Shown here one piece after another: positions 47,411-56,579 of a DNA stretch of 64,000 nucleotides. Below the pieces are notes generated by a model. That model was not told the origin of the DNA. It did no database searches and saw only the letters and a list, made by a program, of their open reading frames with translations. Both the position numbers and the translations under genes were made by a program. The DNA is from an uncultured Candidatus Saccharibacteria bacterium (GTDB lineage Bacteria; Patescibacteriota; Dojkabacteria; SC72; JAFGCJ01), in the NCBI GenBank assembly GCA_964481345.1, contig CAYZTC010000001.1:71766-135765 (forward strand), written 5' to 3'. Numbering within the stretch: position 1 is the stretch's first letter; the number at the start of each line of letters is the position of its first letter.

Positions 47411-49523
47411 TAACCAAAACAAACCAAGTACATCCCTACCAAAAAGGGAAGAAGTATTTGGACAACTAAGGGAGCACCTCACTCCACAGGACTTACTTAA
47501 CCAAAATATGAAGACAGACCAAAACTATGTTGCTCCAATTGAACCATCCCCTACCATAGAAATAAAGAAGAAGGAGGAAAGAAACATATTTAAGGCAATT
47601 ACTGCTGGGTTTAAGAGGAAAAAGAAAAGTGATATTGAAAAACCGGCCAAAAAGAGTAAAAAAGATCAATCAATAACAATCTCTGATCTTGTTGCACCAC
47701 CCAAAATTGTCGTAGATTTCAACCATGTAAAAGTAGGAGACAAGTATTATAGATCACTATTTGCATCAGGATATCCAAGATTCGTTGGACCAAACTGGCT
47801 TTCACCACTCATAAACTTTGAACACTCATTAACAATTAGTACCTTTTACTATCCGGTTGATACAAAAGATGTCCTGCACAAACTGAAAAGGAAGATCAGT
47901 GAAATGGAAGCAACAATTTACGGAGATGCGCAAAAGGGAAAGGTCGTTGATCCTAGTGTAAAAATAACACTTGGAGATGCTCAAAAACTACAAGAAGACA
48001 TTGCTGCAGGTACAGAAAAATTCTTCCACTTCGCAATGTACATAACGATCACTGCGGGTGATTTAAAGACACTCGATAAGATCACAAAAAATGCTACCTC
48101 CACCATGGCAGCAATTAATGTGACTGCTATACCGGCTACCCTCCAAATGGAACAGGCATTTTTAAGCTGTATGCCTGCAGGAACAGACAGACTGTACATA
48201 ACAAGGAATATGGATACTACCTCTCTGGCAACAACATTCCCTTTTGTAACTTCAGAACTAACGATGGATCATGGTGTACTTTTTGGAATGAACATGCACA
48301 ACAAGAGTCTTGTCATCTTCGACAGATTTGAAATGGAAAATGCAAACTCTGTAATTTTTGCAAAATCTGGTGCAGGAAAAAGTTACCTTGTAAAACTTGA
48401 AGCACTTAGAAGTCTCATGCTAGGCACCGAAATAATAATTGTTGACCCAGAAAAAGAATTTGAAAGAATGTGTCAGGCTGTAGATGGTGCCTATATCACA
48501 TTCTCACAAGATGAGGGTAGTAAAATAAACCCATTTGAACTCTCAGGGCTTGGTGACCCTGAGGACGATGAACTTAGAATGAAAATTCTTGCACTCCACG
48601 GGTTTTTTAAGGTGATATTTGGGGGGCTTACAAATATCGAAAGTTCGATAATGGATAAAGCACTTATCCTTACCTACAGAGAAAAGGGGATAACTACTGA
48701 TCCGGACACTCAAAGAAATGCTAAGCCGCCACTACTTGAAGACCTATACAAGATACTTCAAGGTATGGCAGAAAAAGAGGCACATGAACTAGCAAAAAGG
48801 TTAGAGAAATACATTATTGGAAGTGCAGCAGGAGTATTTAATGAGCCAAGTAATGTCACCATTAGCAATCCGTTCACAGTATTCAGCCTAAGAGATCTCC
48901 AGGAAGAACTCAGACCAATGGCAATGTATATGATGCTTGACTACATATGGACAAAGATTCGAAAAGATCTTAAAAGAAGACTTTTAATAGTAGATGAGGC
49001 ATGGCTAATGATGTCAAATGAAGATTCTGCAAAGTTTCTATATTCTATCGCCAAGAGGGCAAGAAAATATTACCTCGGATTAACCACAGTAACGCAGGAT
49101 GTCGAAGACTTTTTAAGAAGCGATTATGGAAGGGCTATTGTAACTAACTCGTCTATCCAGATACTCCTTAAACAAAGTACCCTGGCAATAGACCTCATAC
49201 AAAATGTGTTCAACCTATCTGATGGAGAAAAGCAGTTCCTTCTTTCTTGCGATATTGGAGAAGGCCTATTTTTTGCCGGACCAAACCATGTAGCAATAAA
49301 GGTTATTGCAAGTGTAGGAGAAAACTATCTAATCACATCAGATCCAAGGGATATTGAAAAAATTAAGGCTGGAATAATGAAATATGATCCCGAAAATATT
49401 GCAGAACTATCATCCGTGTTCGAAGCTGTATCTCTTCAGTCAAAAGTATCTCCCCCAAAAGGGGACCTACCTATAAAAATTACTCCAGATGAAGAATCAA
49501 CCAATACAAATAAATCCAAATGA
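47379..49523 (+). CDS. VirB4/TraC/TrbE-family type IV secretion ATPase
   Basis: Walker A FAKSGAGKSY, IIVDPEKEF, Walker B RRLLIVDEAW. Includes the VirB4 N-domain YPRFVGPNWLSPL. The first ~100 aa are a low-complexity linker. Confidence 0.8.
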   Translation: MKKENKMNENNNQNKPSTSLPKREEVFGQLREHLTPQDLLNQNMKTDQNYVAPIEPSPTIEIKKKEERNIFKAITAGFKRKKKSDIEKPAKKSKKDQSITISDLVAPPKIVVDFNHVKVGDKYYRSLFASGYPRFVGPNWLSPLINFEHSLTISTFYYPVDTKDVLHKLKRKISEMEATIYGDAQKGKVVDPSVKITLGDAQKLQEDIAAGTEKFFHFAMYITITAGDLKTLDKITKNATSTMAAINVTAIPATLQMEQAFLSCMPAGTDRLYITRNMDTTSLATTFPFVTSELTMDHGVLFGMNMHNKSLVIFDRFEMENANSVIFAKSGAGKSYLVKLEALRSLMLGTEIIIVDPEKEFERMCQAVDGAYITFSQDEGSKINPFELSGLGDPEDDELRMKILALHGFFKVIFGGLTNIESSIMDKALILTYREKGITTDPDTQRNAKPPLLEDLYKILQGMAEKEAHELAKRLEKYIIGSAAGVFNEPSNVTISNPFTVFSLRDLQEELRPMAMYMMLDYIWTKIRKDLKRRLLIVDEAWLMMSNEDSAKFLYSIAKRARKYYLGLTTVTQDVEDFLRSDYGRAIVTNSSIQILLKQSTLAIDLIQNVFNLSDGEKQFLLSCDIGEGLFFAGPNHVAIKVIASVGENYLITSDPRDIEKIKAGIMKYDPENIAELSSVFEAVSLQSKVSPPKGDLPIKITPDEESTNTNKSK

Positions 49524-49859
49524 TCTCCCCAAAGATCAAAAACTGGAAGATCTAAAGCAACTTGAAAAGGGTAAGGAAATAAAAGAATCTTCCACCACTG
49601 GCCAACCAGAGGAGCAAGAAGAAAGCACAACAAAACAAATAAACCCTTTTCGAAACGATTAAGGCTACGATTCATATTTGAGCCTACTTTAACCCTAAAT
49701 CATTCATTAACAGAAATACAATTGTAGTAAGTCTCGAGGTACTCAGAAACTTGATTGCCGCCGAACGATCTATTCAACCCACAACGCAGGACTAGATGAC
49801 CATAGTTCCTTGTAACGTAGCGAAGGCAGCCTTGGCTCGGCGCAGCGTAGCAAAGATGG

Positions 49860-51806
49860 CTATTTCACAACCTCACCCTCTTGAACTCCGCCTTTGGCAG
49901 GATCTTCTTTCTTATCATCCTTCTTTTCCTTTTTATCTTTTTTGTCCTTCTTGTCCTTCTTTTTGCCCTTCTTTTCTTCTTTTTCCACTTCCTTTGCAGC
50001 TGACTCATATAGTCCTTTACCTACCTCCTGAAGACTCTTTGATAAGTCCTTTGTCTTATCTTTTACTATTTCCTTATCAAAATCTTCTTTCTGTATCTCT
50101 TTCTTCAAGTCTTCAACTTTTTTCTTAATATCCTCTGCTTTTGATTTATCAACTTTATCCTTGTTTTCGTCAATTAATTTTTCTGCACTGAAGCAAAGGG
50201 TATCTGCCTCATTTCTTACTTCAGCCCTCTCTTTCTTCTTCTTATCCTCTGCCGCATGTTTTGTTGCCTCTTCAACCATCCTATCAACCTCATCTTCCGA
50301 AAGATTTGTAGAAGCAGTAATAGTTATATCTTTTTTCTTACTAGTTGCTTTATCCAAAGCAGTTACATTTAGTATTCCATTCGCATCTATCTTAAACATA
50401 ACCTCTATCTGAGGGATTCCCCTTGGAGCAGGTGGAATTCCATCCAGTATGAACTTCCCAAGGGTTTTGTTATCTGCCGCCATATCCCTTTCCCCTTGAA
50501 GTACATGCACCTCAACTGCTGGCTGGTTATCGGCTGCGGTAGAAAAAATTTGTTTCTTCTCAACGGGAATCGTAGTGTTTCTATCGATAAGCCTCGTCAT
50601 TACTCCACCTAAAGTCTCAAGTCCAAGAGACAAGGGCGTCACATCCAAAAGTGTTATATCCTTAACTTCTCCACCAAGTATACCCGCCTGAATCGCAGCA
50701 CCAACACTTACAACCTCATCGGGATTTACAGATTTATTTGACTCTTTACCAAACAGCTCCACTGCTTTCTTCTGAACAGCTGGCATCCTTGTCATACCTC
50801 CGACTAAAAGCACCTCATCAATGTCTTCCTTTTTCAACTTAGAATCAGAGAGAGCCTTTTTACATGGTTCCACCGTTTTTTCAACTAAATCAGAAACCAG
50901 TTTTTCGAATTCTGCTCTTGTCAGTTCTTTATTAAAATGCTTTGCACCTTTTTCATCTGCTGTAATAAATGGAATATTAATTATTGTTTTTTCAGATGAA
51001 GAAAGCTCTATCTTTGCTTTTTCTGAAGCATCTTTAAGTCTTTGCAATGCTGTCTTATCTTCTCTAAGGTCTATTCCTTCATTATTTTTAAATTCATCCG
51101 CAAGATAATCTATGAGTTTCTGGTCAAAGTTATCTCCCCCAAGATGGGTATCTCCATTTGTAGAAAGTACCTCAAAAACTCCATCCCCAATTTCGAGGAT
51201 AGAAATATCGAAAGTCCCACCACCCAGGTCAAACACAGCAATCTTTTCGTCCTTCTTTTTATCCATACCATATGCAAGTGCTGCCGCAGTTGGCTCATTA
51301 ATAGTCCGTTTAACGTTGAATCCAGCAATTTTGCCTGCGTCCTTTGTAGCTTGCCTTTGTGAGTCATCAAAATACGCCGGGACAGTAATTACAGCATCCC
51401 TAACTTTTTCACCAAGATACTCTTCAGCATCAGTCTTCATCTTTGCAAGAACTTTTGCAGAAATTTCTTGAGGGGTCACCCATTTGTCTCCAAACTTAAT
51501 CTCCACTCCATTATTCTTTCCCTCCCTCATCTCAAAGGGCAAATGTTTTTTATCTATACCCACAGCAGGATCATCCCACCTTCTTCCAACTAATCTTTTT
51601 ACAGAATAAATCGTGTTTTCAGGATTAGTCACTGCCTGATTTTTGGCTGGCATACCAACGATTTCCTCCCCTTTATCCGAAATTGCTACAACAGATGGTG
51701 TAAGCCTTCCACCCTGAGAGTTCGGGATTACTGTTGGATTTCCAGCTTGCATAAAAGACATTACTGAGTTTGTCGTACCCAGATCTATTCCTAGTATTTT
51801 TGACAT
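49860..51806 (-). CDS. dnaK: chaperone DnaK (Hsp70)
   Basis: [22 protein letters not shown]-rich C-terminal tail. Confidence 0.95.
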   Translation of the reverse strand: MSKILGIDLGTTNSVMSFMQAGNPTVIPNSQGGRLTPSVVAISDKGEEIVGMPAKNQAVTNPENTIYSVKRLVGRRWDDPAVGIDKKHLPFEMREGKNNGVEIKFGDKWVTPQEISAKVLAKMKTDAEEYLGEKVRDAVITVPAYFDDSQRQATKDAGKIAGFNVKRTINEPTAAALAYGMDKKKDEKIAVFDLGGGTFDISILEIGDGVFEVLSTNGDTHLGGDNFDQKLIDYLADEFKNNEGIDLREDKTALQRLKDASEKAKIELSSSEKTIINIPFITADEKGAKHFNKELTRAEFEKLVSDLVEKTVEPCKKALSDSKLKKEDIDEVLLVGGMTRMPAVQKKAVELFGKESNKSVNPDEVVSVGAAIQAGILGGEVKDITLLDVTPLSLGLETLGGVMTRLIDRNTTIPVEKKQIFSTAADNQPAVEVHVLQGERDMAADNKTLGKFILDGIPPAPRGIPQIEVMFKIDANGILNVTALDKATSKKKDITITASTNLSEDEVDRMVEEATKHAAEDKKKKERAEVRNEADTLCFSAEKLIDENKDKVDKSKAEDIKKKVEDLKKEIQKEDFDKEIVKDKTKDLSKSLQEVGKGLYESAAKEVEKEEKKGKKKDKKDKKDKKEKKDDKKEDPAKGGVQEGEVVK

Positions 51807-51825
51807 TTCAGTTTATATTAATAAG

Positions 51826-52296
51826 TTATTTTTTCTTTTCTATTTTTGAAACAATGACCCTCGCAGGCCTCACTACAACTTCACCAAGCATGTAACCATT
51901 TTGAACAACTTTTACTACTGTCCCATCTTTACCCTCATTCACAGTCCCGATAGCTTCATGCATGTTTGGGTCAAACTTATCTCCCTTTTTCACACTCACT
52001 ACCTCTCCGCCTAGGCTCTGTATGACAGTATAAAACTTTTCCAAAATACCTCTTACACCCTCTCTCCATCCCTTTTCATCAGTAACCTTATCAATTGCAA
52101 GATCGATATCATCTGCAAGATTAATCAAATCTTTCATTACAGACTTTCTTATCATCACTTCCTCAAAATCCAATCTTTTCCCCATATCTCTTTTTAAATT
52201 TTGGTAATCAGATAAAACTTTTTTAAGCTGGTTTTCCAATTCCTTGATCTTTTTTTCTTGATCCGAGGATTGTTTAATTTTTCTTTCTTTAGCCAT
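51826..52296 (-). CDS. grpE: nucleotide exchange factor GrpE
   Basis: Coiled-coil N-terminus and GrpE beta-domain, directly upstream of dnaK. Confidence 0.85.
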   Translation of the reverse strand: MAKERKIKQSSDQEKKIKELENQLKKVLSDYQNLKRDMGKRLDFEEVMIRKSVMKDLINLADDIDLAIDKVTDEKGWREGVRGILEKFYTVIQSLGGEVVSVKKGDKFDPNMHEAIGTVNEGKDGTVVKVVQNGYMLGEVVVRPARVIVSKIEKKK

Positions 52297-52318
52297 AATA
52301 ATTGAATGAGAAGTAATA

Positions 52319-53044
52319 TTACCAACCTTTCACAGAATCCTCCATAACATCCCTTACAAATCTGACTGTGGGAATTACAGATGAATACCTCATCCTTTTA
52401 GGACCAAGAACACCTATATACCCATCTTTATCTCCGATGTATCCAAATTTAGAAAACACCATAGAACAATTTCCCATGCTCTCCCTCCCACACTCCTGGC
52501 CGATCAAAACACAAACGTCCGCCGTCTGAGATTTATTAAACATTGCTGAAATTGTCTTCTTGTCTTCAATCATCACCAGTATATCTTCTATCACATTAAT
52601 TTTTCTCAACTCCTTATATTTTGTAAGTTTTGATACTCCAGTAAATCTTATATCATCATCCATCTGACTTACTGCTGCGTAACCTGTATTGTCTGATAAA
52701 AAGTCCATCACCTCATTAACAAACTCCTCCTCGTCAAACCTCTTTTGGAATATTGAAAGTCTCGCATGAACTTCCTCAATATTTGGTAGAGCTCTTTCTT
52801 CAAGCATCTCTTTTATAAAATATCTAAAAGCAAGGTCCGTAGGAGTACGACCGCTTGATGAGTGGTCCTTATCCAAGTATCCCATCTCAGAAAGCACAGC
52901 CATATCATTTCTTACTGTTGCCGAACTTACACCAAGGTTGTGTCTTGTCACAACACTCATTGACCCAACCGCATTTGCTCTCTTCATAAAATCTCTTATC
53001 ACTGCAAGTAAGATCTGTTTTTGTCTTTCTGTGAGATTACTCAT
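52319..53044 (-). CDS. hrcA: heat-inducible transcription repressor HrcA (short form)
   Basis: LTERQKQILLAVI...VGSMSV...SSATVRNDMAVLSEMGYL...HSSSGRTPT and C-terminal GYIGVLGPKRMRYSSV. Confidence 0.8.
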   Translation of the reverse strand: MSNLTERQKQILLAVIRDFMKRANAVGSMSVVTRHNLGVSSATVRNDMAVLSEMGYLDKDHSSSGRTPTDLAFRYFIKEMLEERALPNIEEVHARLSIFQKRFDEEEFVNEVMDFLSDNTGYAAVSQMDDDIRFTGVSKLTKYKELRKINVIEDILVMIEDKKTISAMFNKSQTADVCVLIGQECGRESMGNCSMVFSKFGYIGDKDGYIGVLGPKRMRYSSVIPTVRFVRDVMEDSVKGW

Positions 53045-53051
53045 TTATTTT

Positions 53052-53078
53052 CTAGCAGTCATCTTATTCGTCTGCTAA
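53052..53078 (-). promoter_or_regulatory. CIRCE-like operator (9-bp inverted repeat with 9-nt spacer) between the -10 element and the hrcA start
   Basis: In gene orientation: TTAGCAGAC-gaataagat-GACTGCTAG, against the CIRCE consensus TTAGCACTC-N9-GAGTGCTAA. It starts 1 nt downstream of the -10 element. Confidence 0.55.
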
Positions 53079-53106
53079 TAATAATACCCAAGCAGTCATA
53101 TGTCAA
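53079..53106 (-). promoter_or_regulatory. sigma70-type promoter of the hrcA-grpE-dnaK operon
   Basis: TTGACA-16/17 nt-TATTAT read on the minus strand. Confidence 0.5.
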
Positions 53107-53133
53107 TAAATTTGATAGAATAAAACATTACAA

Positions 53134-53703
53134 ATGGGAAATGATTTACGAAAACAACTTGAAGAATTAAAAGATCAAAACAAACGCCTTAAGACTGCAC
53201 TTCTGAAGGCATATACCGACCCACTTACAGGATTATGGAATAGAACCTATTTTGAAAAATTTAAGGTAAAAATTCAGAATAGTAAAAACCCTATTGGGAT
53301 AGTATACATCGATGCAAACAAACTCAAATATATCAATGATAAATTTGGGCATACTGTCGGAGATAAGTATTTGGCTGATACCGGAAAACTTCTCACAAAT
53401 AGCACCAAAAGAAAAAGTGACTTTGCCTTCAGAATAGGAGGAGATGAATTCCTGTTAATTCTTGCACTTGGTGGGAATAATCCAGGCAAAGGGCTAGACG
53501 TTGTGTTAAATAGAATAAGTACTAATTTAAAGAATATTAACAAAAAAATAGTTAAAGAAGGCAAAATAGAAATATCAATCGCAATCGGATCATCCATAAA
53601 AACTAAAGATCTTCAACTAACAAAGGCCATACAAAAAGCGGAAGACCTTATGTATAAGCACAAAAAACTCCAAAAACAAAAAGACCCCACCCTGGCTAGG
53701 TGA
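53134..53703 (+). CDS. stand-alone GGDEF-domain protein (diguanylate cyclase-like) with short coiled-coil N-terminus
   Basis: LTGLWNRTYF, YIDANKLKYINDKFGHTVGD and an intact RIGGDEF active-site motif. 189 aa, no sensor domain. Confidence 0.75.
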   Translation: MGNDLRKQLEELKDQNKRLKTALLKAYTDPLTGLWNRTYFEKFKVKIQNSKNPIGIVYIDANKLKYINDKFGHTVGDKYLADTGKLLTNSTKRKSDFAFRIGGDEFLLILALGGNNPGKGLDVVLNRISTNLKNINKKIVKEGKIEISIAIGSSIKTKDLQLTKAIQKAEDLMYKHKKLQKQKDPTLAR

Positions 53704-54055
53704 TCCCCTCATAATGCCTCAAATCTACATCCCTACAATCCTTTGACAACCTAATCCCAATTACGTCTATCCTACAAATACCTGAATACTCAGTACCCTC
53801 ACAGTATTCCTCAGCCAGAGTAAGAAGCTTGGATAATTTTCTAAACCCAACAGTCTCCTCAGGAAAATAAAACAACCCCGGTCTTTTGGTCCTTACCTCC
53901 ACCAAAACAAGTATTTCATCAAGATAACAAACCACGTCCAACTCTCCTGACTTCAATACAAGATTCCTTTTAACAATTTTATACCCATGATCTTTAAGGT
54001 ATCTACATGCTATATCCTCACCAATTTTCCCAATGTCCTTTTTAGATGTTTTCAT
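53696..54055 (-). CDS. yraN: YraN-family (UPF0102) endonuclease
   Basis: IGEDIACRYLKDHGYKIVKRN...GELDVV...LVLVEVRTKR. Confidence 0.75.
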   Translation of the reverse strand: MKTSKKDIGKIGEDIACRYLKDHGYKIVKRNLVLKSGELDVVCYLDEILVLVEVRTKRPGLFYFPEETVGFRKLSKLLTLAEEYCEGTEYSGICRIDVIGIRLSKDCRDVDLRHYEGIT

Positions 54056-55595
54056 CCACCTTTGCCTTATACATTAAGGATTGTGCCATATGTTCTTTTT
54101 CAATTTTCAAGGATCCTTCTAAATCTGCAATCGTTCTTGATAATTTAACCATCCTGAAGTATGCCCTTGCAGACAAATGAAATCTACCAATAAACCCCTT
54201 AAGTAACATCTCAGTGTCGTGATCTAATTTACAATATTTCTTTATGTCTGCATTTTTCATATCAGAATTTGTTTGAAGAGACACTCCGTCAAACCTTTTA
54301 GCTTGAATTTCTCTTGCTTTTTCCACCCTTTCTTTTATTTTTTGGGTAGATTCACTATTGCTTGACTGGCTCAAGGAAAGTTTTTTAGTCTCAACTGGAT
54401 TTACAAAAATATCCATATCAAATCTGTCAAGTATGGGACCTGAAAGCTTCTTTCTATAATTTATTATCTGCCTCGGAGTACACCGGCATTCTTTTTGAGG
54501 ATGGTTTAGAAATCCACAAGGACATGGATTTGAAGACGCCACCAACATAAACTTTGCAGGGAATGTAAACTGACCTCTACTTCTTGATATCGTTACTATA
54601 CCATCCTCGATAGGTTGTCTTAATGCCTCAAGTACATTTCTTGGAAACTCTGAGAACTCATCAAGGTAAAGAACTCCCCTATGAGCTAGACTTACTTCTC
54701 CGGGATGTGGTATAGATCCACCACCGATTAGGCCCACCGAAGATGTAGAATGATGAGGACTCCTAAACGGTCTCATCTTCACCAAGGTACCACCCGGAGG
54801 AATATTTCCTGTCGATGAATAAATTCTTGTTACTTCTAATGACTCACTGCCATTTAGCACCGGTAGAATCCCAGGGATTGCCTTTGCCAACATCGTTTTT
54901 CCAGAACCTGGAGGACCTACAAGAAGAAGATTGTGCCCACCTGCTGCTGCAATCTCCACAGACCTTTTTGCAAATTCCTGTCCAATAATATCCATAAAAT
55001 CAAAATCAGGCTCTATACCAAGTTCCTCTTCACTACCTCTCGCCTTTTTTAAGAACTCAATTTTCTTTCTGCCAGATATATGTAGAATTAATTTTGATAA
55101 TGTTTTCACTGGATATATTTTTACCCCATCAATCCCCATTGCCTCATTTGCAGATTGCTCTGGTACATAAATGTCCTTTACTCCTATTTCCCTTGATAGT
55201 AACGCCAAAACAAATACGCCTTTTGTATGACGGAGAGACCCATCTAATGATAACTCTCCATAAAATATTGACTTCTCTGGAATTGAAAACTCAAATATCG
55301 TTGAGATAATCCCAAGTGCTATCGGTAAATCATAGAAAGACCCTGTCTTTGGAATATCGGCTGGTGCAAGATTAACAGTAATCTTTCTCGAAGGGAATTT
55401 TACACCAGAGTTTGATATTGCCGTTCTTACCCTTAACTTCGATTCTTCAACTTCCTTACCTGGCAGACCAACGAGTGCAAAGTTAGGAAGTCCCCTCCCA
55501 CTAACATCAACCTCAACATCCACTTTTATCATCTCAATTCCAACATTTGCTGCAGAACATACCTTAATCAGCATATAGTTTCCCGCCTTCCTCAT
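54042..55595 (-). CDS. comM: Mg-chelatase-like AAA+ ATPase ComM/YifB
   Basis: LLLVGPPGSGKTMLAKAI, sensor and arginine-finger regions, C-terminal ChlI domain. Confidence 0.85.
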   Translation of the reverse strand: MRKAGNYMLIKVCSAANVGIEMIKVDVEVDVSGRGLPNFALVGLPGKEVEESKLRVRTAISNSGVKFPSRKITVNLAPADIPKTGSFYDLPIALGIISTIFEFSIPEKSIFYGELSLDGSLRHTKGVFVLALLSREIGVKDIYVPEQSANEAMGIDGVKIYPVKTLSKLILHISGRKKIEFLKKARGSEEELGIEPDFDFMDIIGQEFAKRSVEIAAAGGHNLLLVGPPGSGKTMLAKAIPGILPVLNGSESLEVTRIYSSTGNIPPGGTLVKMRPFRSPHHSTSSVGLIGGGSIPHPGEVSLAHRGVLYLDEFSEFPRNVLEALRQPIEDGIVTISRSRGQFTFPAKFMLVASSNPCPCGFLNHPQKECRCTPRQIINYRKKLSGPILDRFDMDIFVNPVETKKLSLSQSSNSESTQKIKERVEKAREIQAKRFDGVSLQTNSDMKNADIKKYCKLDHDTEMLLKGFIGRFHLSARAYFRMVKLSRTIADLEGSLKIEKEHMAQSLMYKAKVDENI

Positions 55596-56424
55596 AGATC
55601 AATCCATCCAACTGAAGGATACTCACAGTCATACTCAACGTAGCAACATCCATCTTAATTCTCCTAGACAAATCATCCATAGATATCGGGGCATCTTTTA
55701 TCTCATCTAAAATATTCTTCTCTTTCCCGGAAAGTTTTCTTGTTGTGATTACTTTCTTCTTTTGTATATATTTTGAGTCCGAAAAATAGCTCACAATATC
55801 ATCCAATGAAAAAAGAATGGAAGCATAGTTATTTATTAATTTGTTCGTTCCAAATGAAACATCGCTAAATATTGACCCCGGCACAGCAAATACCTTCCTC
55901 CCATATTCTTTTGCTAGCCCAGCAGTAATCAATGACCCACTTTCTTTTCCAGCCTCAACAATAATTGTGATATCGCTCAAACCCGCAATTATTCGATTTC
56001 TTCTTGGATAAGTCCAAACTGCAGGGGGTGTAGTTGACTCATACTCAGAGACAACTAATCCTCCCTTCTCCAAAATTTCTTCATACAAATCCCCCTGATA
56101 CGCCGGATGTATCACGTCAATACCGCAAGGCATAACCGCAATTGTCCTCCCGTGATTTCTCAGCGCTGCCACATGAGAGGCAGCATCAACACCATACATG
56201 AAACCAGAAACAACAGTTATACCGGCAGATACCAACACTTCAACTATCTCCTCAGTCACATCCCTTCCATATCTTGTCATCTTTCTACTTCCCACAACTG
56301 CTACACATCTCTCGAATATCTCATTATCATAATCCCCCTTATAGAACAGTTTCTTCGGAGGATCTTCAATTTTTTGTAAAAGAGCTGGATATTCAGGACT
56401 GTTCAGATCTACCTCCCCCTGCAT
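55564..56424 (-). CDS. dprA: DNA processing protein DprA (Smf)
   Basis: Rossmann-like VAVVGSRKMTRYGRDVTEE...GITVVSGFMYGVDAASH plus a C-terminal wH domain. Confidence 0.85.
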   Translation of the reverse strand: MQGEVDLNSPEYPALLQKIEDPPKKLFYKGDYDNEIFERCVAVVGSRKMTRYGRDVTEEIVEVLVSAGITVVSGFMYGVDAASHVAALRNHGRTIAVMPCGIDVIHPAYQGDLYEEILEKGGLVVSEYESTTPPAVWTYPRRNRIIAGLSDITIIVEAGKESGSLITAGLAKEYGRKVFAVPGSIFSDVSFGTNKLINNYASILFSLDDIVSYFSDSKYIQKKKVITTRKLSGKEKNILDEIKDAPISMDDLSRRIKMDVATLSMTVSILQLDGLIYEEGGKLYAD

Positions 56425-56579
56425 GTAGCCAAACTACCAAAATTCAACCCAAATAATCAAAAAACGCCCCAAAAGTTAATGAAATTTTAATGAAGAAATG
56501 GAGGGGGCCTGTCCTAGACTTCAACAACCTCACATAGTAGACTTGTTAAAGCTTAAAAAATAACTATTGATAGCACTAA

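Noticed and set aside
49489-49662. 57-aa ORF overlapping the 3' end of virB4 and extending into the virB4-dnaK intergenic region
   Set aside because: No SD, acidic low-complexity translation, and it overlaps a well-supported gene out of frame. Note that the 335-nt convergent intergenic region does contain a GC-rich patch (49820-49860).
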